Shown here: in pieces, positions 1 to 9,937 of the stretch
Position numbering within the stretch: the stretch's first letter is position 1
Layout: each line of letters begins with the position of its first letter
Assembly: GCF_014857065.1 (NCBI RefSeq)
Contig: NZ_CP046533.1
Coordinates: 696,117-728,116, forward strand
DNA: 32,000 bases
Origin: Candidatus Saccharimonadota bacterium
Lineage (GTDB): Bacteria; Pseudomonadota; Gammaproteobacteria; Enterobacterales; Enterobacteriaceae
Reading direction: 5' to 3'
The notes under the pieces: model-generated
What the model was told of the DNA's origin: nothing
Databases searched by the model: none
Seen by the model: only the letters and a program-made list of their open reading frames with translations
Position numbers and translations under genes: made by a program

Positions 1-10
1 TATCTAAATT

Positions 11-298
11 TTAGTTTACTTGAAAAAAATCAATATGTAGAAAGTTATTTTTAAAGGGATGGTATTGTATTTCTTGGATTTTTGCTATCATTTTGTTCTG
101 GTCTAAAATTAGGATTACTTCTTGTCCGTGTAACCCTTGTAAGTCGCGAATATTAAGTGATTTGCTATAGTTTAGTTGAATCGCAACTGATTTTCCTTGT
201 TTGTTATATAAAATTGCAGGATATAAATTTTTGGATCTTAAGCGTCGGCTTGCTCTTTTACCTTTTTTTTCGCGTATTGTGGCATGTAAAGTCATCAT
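11..298 (-). CDS. rplY: 50S ribosomal protein L25
   Basis: This lies in ORF 11..346 (-). From the internal Met pair (MMTLHATIREKKGKRASRRLR...) the product is 94-95 aa and colinear with E. coli L25 as I recall it ([21 protein letters not shown] ... HIDF at the C-terminus). The 16 upstream codons of the track ORF have no counterpart, so I placed the start at 298 (alternative 295). Confidence 0.9.
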   Translation of the reverse strand: MMTLHATIREKKGKRASRRLRSKNLYPAILYNKQGKSVAIQLNYSKSLNIRDLQGLHGQEVILILDQNKMIAKIQEIQYHPFKNNFLHIDFFQVN

Positions 299-577
299 TT
301 TATTAGTTATTACATTATCCAAGATTTTATGAAATATAATAAACACAATATCAAAAAGTATTTAATATAACAAATAAAAGTTTTATGTTTGTTCATTAAA
401 CATACAGTGTCAAATGATTAAGCGTTATGATAATTGTTCTTATTTAAAAATAAATGAAATTAGCGAATAAATATGTTACCCTTAATGCAGGTTTTTGTAA
501 CTTTGTTAAGTTTAATTAAATAATTTATTCTTATGTTTATGTAATGTATAGTTTTTTATCTTGGTGTATTTATCTTG

Positions 578-625
578 CAAACATCACTTTAAACAATATA
601 CATATATTGTTTAAAGTGATGTTTG
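578..625. repeat. Perfect 23-bp inverted repeat (hairpin or palindromic operator candidate) in the rplY-folE divergent spacer
   Basis: I read it directly: 578-600 CAAACATCACTTTAAACAATATA, a 2-nt spacer CA, then 603-625 TATATTGTTTAAAGTGATGTTTG, which is the exact reverse complement. It ends 46 nt before the folE ATG and is followed by GGTATTTTG. A weak TTGCAA(575-580)-16 nt-TATACA(597-602) promoter-like pair is embedded in the left arm. Confidence 0.85.
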
Positions 626-670
626 GGTATTTTGTAAAATTGTCGGTATATGTTTGGAGGTTTTTGAACT

Positions 671-1330
671 ATGTCAGGTTGGACAGATGAAGCTATACTA
701 GTTTATAATGCCTTGTTATCGCATGGATTAGAAGCTCCTGTTGTAAATAAAAGAATAGATACTACTATTAGTAAAGATAATATTGCGACATGTATTACAG
801 AAATTATGAGTTGGCTAAATTTGAATTTAGAGGAAGAAAGTATCGTAGATACACCAAATCGTATTGCAAAAATGTATGTTGAAGAATTATTTTCAGGTTT
901 AGATTATTCTAATTTCCCTAAAATTAGAATAATAAAAAATAAAATGAAAATTAATGAAATGATTACGATACGTGATATTACTTTGACTAGCACATGTGAA
1001 CATCATTTTATAATTTTTGATGGTAAAGCTACGGTTGCCTATATACCCAAAGATATTGTAATTGGTTTGTCAAAAATTAACAGAATAGTACGCTTTTTTT
1101 CTCAAAGACCGCAAGTACAGGAGCGCTTAACTAAGCAAATATTTTTTGCTTTGCAAGCATTACTTAATACTAAAAATGTAGCAATATTTATCAATGCAGT
1201 ACATTTTTGTGTTAAAGCACGGGGTATATGTGATACTAATACTATCACTACTACTACTTCTTTAGGCGGATTATTTAAGTATAGTAAAAATGTTCGTCGA
1301 GAATTTTTGCGTTATATGACGTCAAGATAG
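671..1330 (+). CDS. folE: GTP cyclohydrolase I
   Basis: The 219-aa ORF is colinear with E. coli FolE. Shared strings include [72 protein letters not shown] and [14 protein letters not shown] Shine-Dalgarno sequence sits at 656-660. Confidence 0.96.
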   Translation: MSGWTDEAILVYNALLSHGLEAPVVNKRIDTTISKDNIATCITEIMSWLNLNLEEESIVDTPNRIAKMYVEELFSGLDYSNFPKIRIIKNKMKINEMITIRDITLTSTCEHHFIIFDGKATVAYIPKDIVIGLSKINRIVRFFSQRPQVQERLTKQIFFALQALLNTKNVAIFINAVHFCVKARGICDTNTITTTTSLGGLFKYSKNVRREFLRYMTSR

Positions 1331-1360
1331 TATAAAGGTAAAAGTTTTTGTATTGATTTA

Positions 1361-1378
1361 TCGACATTTAAATGTCGA
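1361..1378. terminator. Candidate bidirectional terminator hairpin between convergent folE and metG
   Basis: TCGACATTTAAATGTCGA is a perfect 18-nt palindrome (TCGACA stem, TTTAAA loop). It lies 31 nt after the folE stop, in a convergent spacer. The stem is short and AT-rich and there is no clean U-tract, so function is uncertain. Confidence 0.35.
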
Positions 1379-1503
1379 CTGATATTTCCCGTTTTAGTTG
1401 ATTATTTGAAGTTATTAGTAATTAACTTTAAAGGGATTTAACAGAACGTTAGATTTATTACATTATGTTATTATTTTAGTAGGTTTTTTAATTTATTTGG
1501 CTA

Positions 1504-3159
1504 TTATTTATTTTGATATTTTGATTTTGATATTAAGTTTTCAATTTGTTTATTGTTAATGCGTCTTAGTAATATCTTAAATACGTTAATATTGTGTCGT
1601 TTAAGTGGTTGTGTGATACTTTTCCACGTTAGGATTGTGTTTAGGAATTTTTCGCTATTTTGAGCTAAATGAGGTACGACAGGTTTTAGGTAGGTTATCA
1701 GAATACGAAATAATTGGATTCCCATTGAACAAATATCTTGTATGTGTTGCATATTTTTGTTTGAATGTTTAGCAATTGCCCAGGGAGCTTGTTGATCTAT
1801 ATAACGGTTAGCTAAGTCAGCTAGTTTAATAATTTCTTTCATTGCAACTTTTAATTTGCGTTCTTGAAAGGCCTTGCCAATTAGATCAGATGAATCTATG
1901 AATATGTTATATATTTTTTGATCAATTAAGTTATCTGAAATTTTACCATGAAAATATTTATTAATAAAACTTGCACTTCGGGACGCTAAATTGATTACTT
2001 TATTGATTATGTCAGCATTAACTCTGTAGATAAAATCTGAAAAATTAATATCAATATCATTTATGTTAGACGATAATTTGGTTGCATAATAATAACGTAG
2101 ATAATCTGGATGTAAATAAGTTAAATAAGTACTAGCTTTAATAACTGTCCCTCTGGATTTGGACATTTTTCTTCCATTTATTGTTATATAACCGTGAACA
2201 AATAAATTGGTTGGGATACGAAAATTACTTCCTTTTAACAGAGCCGGCCAGAATAAACTATGAAAATAAATAATATCTTTACCAATAAAATGGTATAATT
2301 CGCTATCTGTGTTAGTATCCCAAAAATCTTCAAAGCATATATCATTACGTTTATTACAGAGATTTTTTAAACTACCCATATAGCCTATTGGAGCATCTAA
2401 CCAAACGTAAAAATATTTATTAATAGTGTTGGGAATTGTAAAACCAAAATATGGGGCATCTCTAGAGATATCCCATTCCCGTAATCCTGTTTTAAACCAC
2501 TCTTCTAGTTTCTTAATTATTTCTTTTTGTAATAATCCAGATTTAATCCAATTTAATAAAACGTCAGTGAATATTGGTAAATTAAAGAAGAAATGTTCAG
2601 ATTTTTTTAATACTGGGATGCTATTTGAAATTGTTGATTTTGGTTTTATTAGATGTATTGAATCATAAATAGCACCGCATATTTCACAATTATCCCCATA
2701 TTGATCAGGAGCCTTGCATGATGGACAAGAGCCCTTGACCATTCTATCTGGAAGAAAGATTTTTTTTTCAGGATCATACAGTTGAGAGATAAAACGAGAT
2801 TTAATTAAACCATTGTTTTTTAGGCGAGTATATATTATATTCAATAACTTACGATTTTCTTCACTATGGGTGGTATAGTAGTTATCGTAATTAATACCAA
2901 AACCTACAAGATCTTTTTTATGTTTTTGATAAATTTTCTTAATCATTGTTTCTGGTGTAATTTTTAGTTTTTTTGCTTTTAGCATGATTGGCGTGCCGTG
3001 AGCATCGTCAGCAGATATGAATATGATGTTTTTGCCTTGCATTTTTTGATAACGTACCCAGATATCAGCTTGAATATGTTCCAATATATGACCTAAATGA
3101 AGATCACCATTAGCATAAGGTAATGCACATGTAACTAATATTTTTTTGTTTTTATTCAT
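1504..3159 (-). CDS. metG: Methionyl-tRNA synthetase (short form lacking the C-terminal tRNA-binding/dimerisation domain)
   Basis: The 551-aa ORF carries the class I motifs HLGH (HIGH) and KMSKS, and the zinc knuckle [18 protein letters not shown]. It is about 125 aa shorter than the E. coli MetG I recall (about 677 aa). An AAGG Shine-Dalgarno sequence lies upstream of the ATG at 3159. Confidence 0.95.
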   Translation of the reverse strand: MNKNKKILVTCALPYANGDLHLGHILEHIQADIWVRYQKMQGKNIIFISADDAHGTPIMLKAKKLKITPETMIKKIYQKHKKDLVGFGINYDNYYTTHSEENRKLLNIIYTRLKNNGLIKSRFISQLYDPEKKIFLPDRMVKGSCPSCKAPDQYGDNCEICGAIYDSIHLIKPKSTISNSIPVLKKSEHFFFNLPIFTDVLLNWIKSGLLQKEIIKKLEEWFKTGLREWDISRDAPYFGFTIPNTINKYFYVWLDAPIGYMGSLKNLCNKRNDICFEDFWDTNTDSELYHFIGKDIIYFHSLFWPALLKGSNFRIPTNLFVHGYITINGRKMSKSRGTVIKASTYLTYLHPDYLRYYYATKLSSNINDIDINFSDFIYRVNADIINKVINLASRSASFINKYFHGKISDNLIDQKIYNIFIDSSDLIGKAFQERKLKVAMKEIIKLADLANRYIDQQAPWAIAKHSNKNMQHIQDICSMGIQLFRILITYLKPVVPHLAQNSEKFLNTILTWKSITQPLKRHNINVFKILLRRINNKQIENLISKSKYQNK

Positions 3160-3568
3160 AACTACCTTAATTTATGTAAATGTGCTAACTATTAATATTT
3201 TGGTAAAGAGTTCATTTTAATTAACAGTTAACCGATTATGCTAACATAGTTTATAAGATTTATAAATCTTTGTACTATATTAAAAATTGTATTTTGGTTT
3301 AACTAAAATATATAAATTTTATTAATTTGATAATATTTATATTTAATAAATAATTAGAATTTCATATATACATTTGTATTTATGTGTAATATGATGTAAA
3401 CTACTTGAAGTAGGTTTTGATTTTATAATTTTTTAATTAATAAATTTATAATTGTAGTAAAAGTTAGTTTTTATTTTAAATTGTAGTATTTTCATGCTTT
3501 TATGCATGGTATTTGGTTTGTAGAGTAAGTTTTGGTACTTGATTATAAATAGATTAAAGGAATTACTC

Positions 3569-4978
3569 ATGTTTATGCATCAAAATATTGGGATTATAGG
3601 TATGGGTGTAATGGGTCGTAATTTGGCTTTTAATATTGAAAGTCATGGTTATATTGTATCTATTTTTAATAGAAGTAAAGAAAAAACTAAAGAAATAATT
3701 GTTAAAAATCCTGATAAGAAAATAATTGGTTTTTTTTCTATAAAAGATTTTATTTTTTCTTTAGAAAAACCACGTTTGATTTTTATTATGGTTCCAGCAG
3801 GGAGTAATGTTGATCAAATAATTAATTGTTGTATTCCTTTTTTATCGCGTGGAGATATTTTGATTGATGGAGGTAATTCTTTTTATAAGGATACTATTCG
3901 TAGATATAGTGAGTTATTAAAAAAAGATATTCAATTTATTGGTACTGGCATTTCTGGAGGTTCTGAAGGGGCTTTACGTGGACCTTCTCTTATGCCTAGT
4001 GGTAGTAGAGAAGTTTATAAAAAAGTAGAGCCATTGTTTAAAAAAATTGCAGCTTCTATTAATAATGAACCTTGTGTTAGTTATATAGGTCCGGATGGTT
4101 CTGGACATTATGTTAAAATGGTTCATAATGGCATTGAATATAGTGATATGCAGTTAATTGCTGAGGCATATTCTTTGCTGAAGTTAATTTTAAATTTAAG
4201 TAATGATCAGTTAGCAAATATTTTTAGTGAATGGAATTCTGGAGAACTTAATAGTTATTTAATTCAAATTACGCAATGTATTTTTACTAGAAAAATAGAT
4301 AATAATGTTTATTTGATTGATTTAATTTTAGATGAAGCGACTCATAAGGAAACTGGTAAATGGAGTAGTCAAAGTGCATTAGATTTGGGAGAGCCTTTAA
4401 GTGTTATTACTGAATCAGTTTTTGCTCGTTATTTATCATTGCTTAAACAACAGCGTATTGTAGCTTCTCGAGAACTTTCGGGACCTGTTATTGATGTATT
4501 TGTTGGCGATAAAAATGAATTTATTGAAAACATTAGAAGAGCTCTTTATTTAGGTAAGATTATTTCTTACACTCAAGGTTTTGCGCAATTACAAACAGCA
4601 TCTATTGTAAATAAATGGAATTTAAATTGTTCTGAAATTGCCAAAGTTTTTCGAGCTGGTTGTATCATTCGTGCAAATATTTTGCAAAGAATTATTGATG
4701 CTTATACTGATAATTTGGCTTTAAGTAATTTGTTGTTATCACCTTATTTTAAAGAGATAGCTTCTAGTTATCATCAATCCTTACGCAATGTAGTTAGTTA
4801 CGCAGTGATAAATGGTATATCAGTTCCCGCTTTTTCATCTGCTATAGCTTACTATGACGCTTATCGTACTGCTTTTTTACCGGTTAATCTCATTCAAGCA
4901 CAGCGTGATTATTTTGGAGCTCATGGTTATAAACGTGTTGATAAGGAAGGTATATTTTATACTAACTGGATAGTTTAG
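3569..4978 (+). CDS. gnd: 6-phosphogluconate dehydrogenase, decarboxylating
   Basis: The product is colinear with E. coli Gnd over its full length ([57 protein letters not shown]). The track ORF starts at TTG 3539. ATG 3569 is preceded by AAGGA at 3557-3561 and gives the E. coli-like N-terminus (alternative ATG 3575). Confidence 0.95.
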   Translation: MFMHQNIGIIGMGVMGRNLAFNIESHGYIVSIFNRSKEKTKEIIVKNPDKKIIGFFSIKDFIFSLEKPRLIFIMVPAGSNVDQIINCCIPFLSRGDILIDGGNSFYKDTIRRYSELLKKDIQFIGTGISGGSEGALRGPSLMPSGSREVYKKVEPLFKKIAASINNEPCVSYIGPDGSGHYVKMVHNGIEYSDMQLIAEAYSLLKLILNLSNDQLANIFSEWNSGELNSYLIQITQCIFTRKIDNNVYLIDLILDEATHKETGKWSSQSALDLGEPLSVITESVFARYLSLLKQQRIVASRELSGPVIDVFVGDKNEFIENIRRALYLGKIISYTQGFAQLQTASIVNKWNLNCSEIAKVFRAGCIIRANILQRIIDAYTDNLALSNLLLSPYFKEIASSYHQSLRNVVSYAVINGISVPAFSSAIAYYDAYRTAFLPVNLIQAQRDYFGAHGYKRVDKEGIFYTNWIV

Positions 4979-5060
4979 GTAATAAATTTTTTAGAGTTTA
5001 TAAAATGAAGAGTGAATGGCAGTTTATTTTTTATTTTCTTTGAGATGCTTTATGTTGATC

Positions 5061-5687
5061 TTAAATTAAAGGATTGTTGTTACGCATCTTCAATTTTTTA
5101 ATTACTTCATTAAGATTTAATGAAGTAGCTTTTAAGAGCACTAATAAATGGTATATTAAATCCGCAGATTCATTGAGAGTTTCTTCTTTGTTTTTTGTTG
5201 CAGCAGCTAAAGCTACTTCGATGCCTTCTTCACCAACTTTTTGAGCAATATATTTTGACCCTTTGGTAAATAATCTAGCAGTATATGAATTTTTTAAATT
5301 TAATGATTTTCTTTCACTTAAGATTTGTTCTAATTGAAATAAGAAAGTTCCGTTACTGACGGCTGGATGAAAGCAACTGCTAGTACCATGATGACATGTT
5401 GGTCCAGATGGTAATGCTAGTATTAACAGTGTATCCTTGTCGCAATCTTGATATAAATTTATTAATTTTAATTTATTTCCAGATGTTTCTCCTTTGGTCC
5501 ATAAACATTTTTTTTTTCGCGAAAAAAAAGTCACATACCCACTTTTCTTAGTTGTTTGTAATGCTTCTTGATTCATATATCCTAACATTAATACTTCTCC
5601 AGACATGACATTCTGTATGATGACTGGTGTTAATTTATTGGTTTCTTGACAATTATCTTTTTGATCTTGTTCTTTTTTTATTATCAT
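5061..5687 (-). CDS. hisI: Bifunctional phosphoribosyl-AMP cyclohydrolase / phosphoribosyl-ATP pyrophosphatase
   Basis: The 208-aa ORF has the WTKGETSGN and PTCH..TSCF cyclohydrolase motifs plus the C-terminal PRA-PH half (YTA.L...G...[10 protein letters not shown]). Its ATG overlaps the hisF stop as ATGA at 5684-5687. Confidence 0.93.
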   Translation of the reverse strand: MIIKKEQDQKDNCQETNKLTPVIIQNVMSGEVLMLGYMNQEALQTTKKSGYVTFFSRKKKCLWTKGETSGNKLKLINLYQDCDKDTLLILALPSGPTCHHGTSSCFHPAVSNGTFLFQLEQILSERKSLNLKNSYTARLFTKGSKYIAQKVGEEGIEVALAAATKNKEETLNESADLIYHLLVLLKATSLNLNEVIKKLKMRNNNPLI

Positions 5688-6457
5688 AATCTGATTTTTA
5701 CTCCTTTTTGTATCAGAAATTTTTTTAGTAAATTAATATTTATGATTTTTTTATGGAAAACTGAAGCAGCTAGTACCCCATCTGCATTAGCATTTTGTAA
5801 AGCTTCTAAAAAATGTTGATAAGTTCCTGCTCCACCTGAAGCAATTAATGGAATATGGCATATCTGACGTATTTTATATAGTTGTGTTATATCATAACCA
5901 TTTTGTAATCCATCTTGATTCATCATGTTCAATACAATTTCTCCAGCTCCGCGTATTTGTATTTCTTTTACCCAATTTATAGTAGACCACTCAGTAATTT
6001 TAGTAAATTTTGGATTACCGGTATAACACTTTACTTGATAGATATTTCTTTTGGCGTTATACCATGTATCAATACCGACAACAATACATTGTTTGCCTAA
6101 GTGATCACTCAGATGGTTAATTAGATTCGGTTGTACTACAGCTTGGGAATTGATGGATATTTTGTCTGCTCCAGCTGCAAGAATTTCTTTTGCTTCCTGT
6201 AATGTCTTAATTCCTCCAGCCACACAAAATGGTACATCAATCACTTCAGCAATTCGTGATATCCAGGTCTTATCAACTACACGTTTATCAGGAGAAGCTG
6301 TGATGTCATAAAATACTAATTCATCAGCTCCTTCTTCAACATATCTACGTGTTAGAGGAATAATATCGCCAATAATTACATGATTTTTGAATTGTATACC
6401 TTTTACTACTTTCCCATTAATCACATCAAGACAAGGTATTATGCGTTTTGCCAACAT
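5684..6457 (-). CDS. hisF: Imidazole glycerol phosphate synthase cyclase subunit
   Basis: The 257-aa ORF starts [12 protein letters not shown] exactly as in E. coli HisF. It also has the [11 protein letters not shown] and ASGGAG motifs. It overlaps the hisA 3' end by 19 nt. Confidence 0.96.
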   Translation of the reverse strand: MLAKRIIPCLDVINGKVVKGIQFKNHVIIGDIIPLTRRYVEEGADELVFYDITASPDKRVVDKTWISRIAEVIDVPFCVAGGIKTLQEAKEILAAGADKISINSQAVVQPNLINHLSDHLGKQCIVVGIDTWYNAKRNIYQVKCYTGNPKFTKITEWSTINWVKEIQIRGAGEIVLNMMNQDGLQNGYDITQLYKIRQICHIPLIASGGAGTYQHFLEALQNANADGVLAASVFHKKIININLLKKFLIQKGVKIRL

Positions 6458-7188
6458 TTTATTGCTTCCATAACAGTAATTTTTTTTTCTAAAAATGCAC
6501 GTCCGATAATAATATTTTGAACTCCACTTTTTTTTAGATTTTTTATATCTTCTAAATTATGTATACCTCCAGAAGCTTGAAATGATATTCTTGACCATGT
6601 TTTGCATAAATCTGTATATAAATTGATATTACTACCAGATAAAGTGCCATCTCGTGAAATATCGGTGCATAAAATATGTTTAATGCCCATTGTATTATAT
6701 TGTTCAATTATTTCTTCTAACTTAAATTTAGAGGTTTTTTGCCAACCATTTATAGCAATTAAGCGTTCTCCTCTATTGTTTATACGAATATCTAAAGCTA
6801 GAATTAAAGTTTTAGCCCCAAAATATTTTAACCATTGTTTTACAATTTGTGGTTTTGTGATAGCTATAGAACTCAGTATAATTTTATTTGCTCCCATGTC
6901 TAATAGATTTTTGATATCTTCCAGACTTCTTATTCCTCCACCCACCTGGAATTTGATTTGTTTATTGTGTGTTAATATGTTTTTCAGTAAAAAAATTTGT
7001 CGTTTCGTAGGATTACGTGCGCCATTTAAATCAATTAAATGTATAAATTTTGCTCCTTGATTAAAATAATTTTGTAAATAGAAAATGGGTTCTTGATCAT
7101 AGTGGTATTGTTTTGTATAGCATCCTTGATTTAAACGAACTATCTTGTTTTCGATGAGATCTAAAGCTGGAATTATCATGTATTTCAT
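6439..7188 (-). CDS. hisA: 1-(5-phosphoribosyl)-5-[(5-phosphoribosylamino)methylideneamino]imidazole-4-carboxamide isomerase
   Basis: The product has [15 protein letters not shown], internal VGGGIR / SGGI repeats and a CWQNA C-terminus like E. coli HisA. The ATG at 7188 forms an ATGA overlap with the hisH stop. The alternative start 7179 gives the E. coli-like MIIPALDL N-terminus. Confidence 0.94.
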   Translation of the reverse strand: MKYMIIPALDLIENKIVRLNQGCYTKQYHYDQEPIFYLQNYFNQGAKFIHLIDLNGARNPTKRQIFLLKNILTHNKQIKFQVGGGIRSLEDIKNLLDMGANKIILSSIAITKPQIVKQWLKYFGAKTLILALDIRINNRGERLIAINGWQKTSKFKLEEIIEQYNTMGIKHILCTDISRDGTLSGSNINLYTDLCKTWSRISFQASGGIHNLEDIKNLKKSGVQNIIIGRAFLEKKITVMEAIKCWQNA

Positions 7189-7769
7189 ATCTCTAAAAAA
7201 TTTTTTAATAGTTGTTTACCTATTTTACCTGATTTTTCTGGATGGAACTGTACGCCAAAAAAATTTTTATGTTTTATAACAGCAGTAAATGAATGACCAT
7301 GACAGGTTGTAGCAATTGTTGAATCACATATTGGCATAGCATAACTATGTACGAAGTAAAAATAATCATCTTTAATTTTATGAAATAAGCAATGTTGATT
7401 TTTTATTTTTATTTTGTTCCATCCTATATGAGGTATAGGTAAACCGTAATTTTCGATTTTTTTTGTGAGGGTATTTATAATACCTAATGTTTGAGTGCCA
7501 TTATTTTCTTCACTACTAATCCCTAATAGTTGCATGCCAAGACAAATACCTAATATGGGTTGTTTACAGTCTTTTATTAGTTTTATTAATTTATTTTTTG
7601 TTAATTCTTGCATTGCAGTTTTTACGCTTCCTACACCAGGTAAAAATAACTTATTTGCTTTTAAGATATCATTGGCATTTTTACTAATAATTGCTCGATG
7701 TCCTAAATTACGTATTGCGGTACTTATCGAGAATAAATTTGAACATCCAGTATTTATAATAACATTCAT
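7185..7769 (-). CDS. hisH: Imidazole glycerol phosphate synthase glutamine amidotransferase subunit
   Basis: The 194-aa ORF has class I GATase motifs (PGVGS, GICLGMQLL, FVHSY, GVQFHPEKS). It forms an ATGA overlap with the hisB stop at 7766-7769. Confidence 0.95.
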   Translation of the reverse strand: MNVIINTGCSNLFSISTAIRNLGHRAIISKNANDILKANKLFLPGVGSVKTAMQELTKNKLIKLIKDCKQPILGICLGMQLLGISSEENNGTQTLGIINTLTKKIENYGLPIPHIGWNKIKIKNQHCLFHKIKDDYFYFVHSYAMPICDSTIATTCHGHSFTAVIKHKNFFGVQFHPEKSGKIGKQLLKNFLEI

Positions 7770-8848
7770 TCCAATATACCTTTAGTACTTACTATATATT
7801 CTTCTTCGCCATCTTCTATACGAATTGCTTGGTTGAGTGTGCATCCAAATGCTTTAAACAGGCCTTCTGCTATGTGATGATCATTATTGCTTTTAGTGCT
7901 GCTTAAATGTAACGTACAACCCATACTATAAGAAAGCGAGCGAAAAAAGTGTTCTATCATCGCAATATTTAAAGATCCAATATTTAGGGAGTTATATTGT
8001 ACGTCGTATTTAAAATATGGACGACCAGAAATATCTAATACGCAACTAGCTAAACATTCATCCATTGGTAAGATAAATCCGAATCTGTTTATTCCTTTTC
8101 TGTTCCCTAGTGCCTTGTTTAATACTTTTCCAAGCACCAAGCCTGTATCTTCAATTGTATGATGATCATCTACACAAAGATCCCCTATTGCTTTGATGTT
8201 CATGCTAATTTTGGCGTGAGTTGCAATTTGTTGCAACATATGATCAAAAAACTTTATTCCAGTATCTATATGAGTATTATTTCTTTGATCTAACCATATT
8301 TGTATATTAATTTTAGTTTCATTTGAAATTCTATTTATTTCAGCCGATCTATTAAGTTTGGTTAATTTTTTACTAATCATTTTCCAATTTAGATTATTTG
8401 GATGATAGGCCAATCCTTGGATACCTAGATTTTTTGCTAAAATCATGTCTGTTTCCCTATCTCCTATTACATAACTTTTAAATTTATTTAATTGATTAGG
8501 ATTCAGCCATGAAGTTATTAATGTTGTTTTTGGTTTACGACAATCACATTGTGCATTTGAATAGTGAGGGCATATTAATATTTTTTCAAATTTTATTCCT
8601 TGAGAATTAAAGATTTTCATTAAAAAATTATGTGCTTTATCAAAAGCTTTTTGAGGAAAATCAGGTGTACCTAATCCATCCTGATTGCTGATCATTATTA
8701 ATGTGAATTTGGCCTTTTGCAACTCTAAAAGAGCAGGTATTACGTATGGTTGTAATGCAATTTTTTCTATATGATCAACCTTAAAATTGTTTAATGGTTC
8801 GTAAATAAGAGTTCCATCACGATCAATAAATAGGATTTTTTTAGTCAC
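7766..8848 (-). CDS. hisB: Bifunctional histidinol-phosphatase / imidazoleglycerol-phosphate dehydratase
   Basis: The 360-aa ORF has an N-terminal HAD phosphatase domain (FIDRDGTLI, CDCRKPK). The C-terminal IGPD domain shows DDHHTIEDTGLVLG and NDHHIAEG.FKA. Confidence 0.95.
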   Translation of the reverse strand: MTKKILFIDRDGTLIYEPLNNFKVDHIEKIALQPYVIPALLELQKAKFTLIMISNQDGLGTPDFPQKAFDKAHNFLMKIFNSQGIKFEKILICPHYSNAQCDCRKPKTTLITSWLNPNQLNKFKSYVIGDRETDMILAKNLGIQGLAYHPNNLNWKMISKKLTKLNRSAEINRISNETKINIQIWLDQRNNTHIDTGIKFFDHMLQQIATHAKISMNIKAIGDLCVDDHHTIEDTGLVLGKVLNKALGNRKGINRFGFILPMDECLASCVLDISGRPYFKYDVQYNSLNIGSLNIAMIEHFFRSLSYSMGCTLHLSSTKSNNDHHIAEGLFKAFGCTLNQAIRIEDGEEEYIVSTKGILE

Positions 8849-8866
8849 GAAATGTTCCTTACTTGT

Positions 8867-9937
8867 TTATGTTATTTTTAATTTTTTTAATATATCTATA
8901 ATAGATTTACATTCTTGATAAGTACCTACTGTAACGCGTAAACAATCTGATAGTCCTAATTGTTTATTCTGATTTCTTAAAATTATACCCATTTCCCATA
9001 ATTTTTTAAATACTTGGTATTCTGGATATACTTTAATTAGTAAATAATTACTAATACTAGGAAATACTTTTTGTATACATGGACACTTTTTGAGTTGTTC
9101 GATGAGCATATTTCTATTTTCATTAAGTGTATATATTCTTTTCTGTGTTTTTGCTAATTCTTCGGGAGTTAGAGCTTGTGCAGCAATATCTGTTACTATG
9201 CTTGGTAATGGATAAGGAGTTAAAATTTTTAACAGTAACTTAATTATTTTTACATTAGCTATAGTAAAACCACATCTGATACCAGCCAAAGCAAATGCTT
9301 TTGATAAAGTACGTAAAATAATCAAATTTTGAAATTCCGGCAACCAGCTAACAAGACTTTCTTGTAAACAAAAATCAATATAAGCTTCATCCACTACTAA
9401 TAGCGCACGATTATTTATCATATTCAATAATCTTCTAATATCTTTTTGATTGATGATATTTCCAGTAGGGTTATTGGGGTTACAGATATATATTAATTTG
9501 ACATTTTGTAATTTTTCGTTTATTGCTGATAGATTTAGTTGCCAATTTGCAGTTAATGGAATTATGCTGCGTTTTATTCCAAATATTTCAGCGCAGATGC
9601 TGTACATTCCATATGTCGGCGGGCAAAAAATAATAGCGTCTTTATTCGGTTCACAAAAAACACGCATTAATAATTCAATTCCTTCATCTGCTCCACGAGA
9701 TATAAGAATTTGTTTTGGTAAAACTCCTGCGTATGCAGCATAATTTTTAATTGTTTCTTCATGTTGAAAATCTGGATATCTATTTAAATTGTTAAAATTT
9801 TTAGGGCTATTAACATGCGGAGAAATAGCTGATTCATTAGCATTGAGCAAGATATTACCTTCACCTCCTATTTTCCGTGCAGATTGATATGGTTTCAGTT
9901 TTAGTACATTTATTCTAGCTAAATTATTAATATCCAT
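8867..9937 (-). CDS. hisC: Histidinol-phosphate aminotransferase
   Basis: The 356-aa ORF is the same length as E. coli HisC as I recall it. It has the LNANES, YPD, CNPNNPTG, DEAYIDF and TLSKAFALAG.R motifs (PLP lysine context). It overlaps the hisD 3' end by 11 nt. Confidence 0.94.
   Translation of the reverse strand: MDINNLARINVLKLKPYQSARKIGGEGNILLNANESAISPHVNSPKNFNNLNRYPDFQHEETIKNYAAYAGVLPKQILISRGADEGIELLMRVFCEPNKDAIIFCPPTYGMYSICAEIFGIKRSIIPLTANWQLNLSAINEKLQNVKLIYICNPNNPTGNIINQKDIRRLLNMINNRALLVVDEAYIDFCLQESLVSWLPEFQNLIILRTLSKAFALAGIRCGFTIANVKIIKLLLKILTPYPLPSIVTDIAAQALTPEELAKTQKRIYTLNENRNMLIEQLKKCPCIQKVFPSISNYLLIKVYPEYQVFKKLWEMGIILRNQNKQLGLSDCLRVTVGTYQECKSIIDILKKLKIT

Noticed and set aside
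3255-3270. There are short perfect AT-only palindromes: AAGATTTATAAATCTT at 3255-3270, TCTTATAAGA near 24073, TAACAT-CAA-ATGTTA near 24316, and ATGGTA-TTATAT-TACCAT near 30166.
   Set aside because: Palindromes of 10-16 nt made almost entirely of A/T are expected by chance in spacers of about 15-20% GC. None has a GC-containing stem, a U-tract or a meaningful position.
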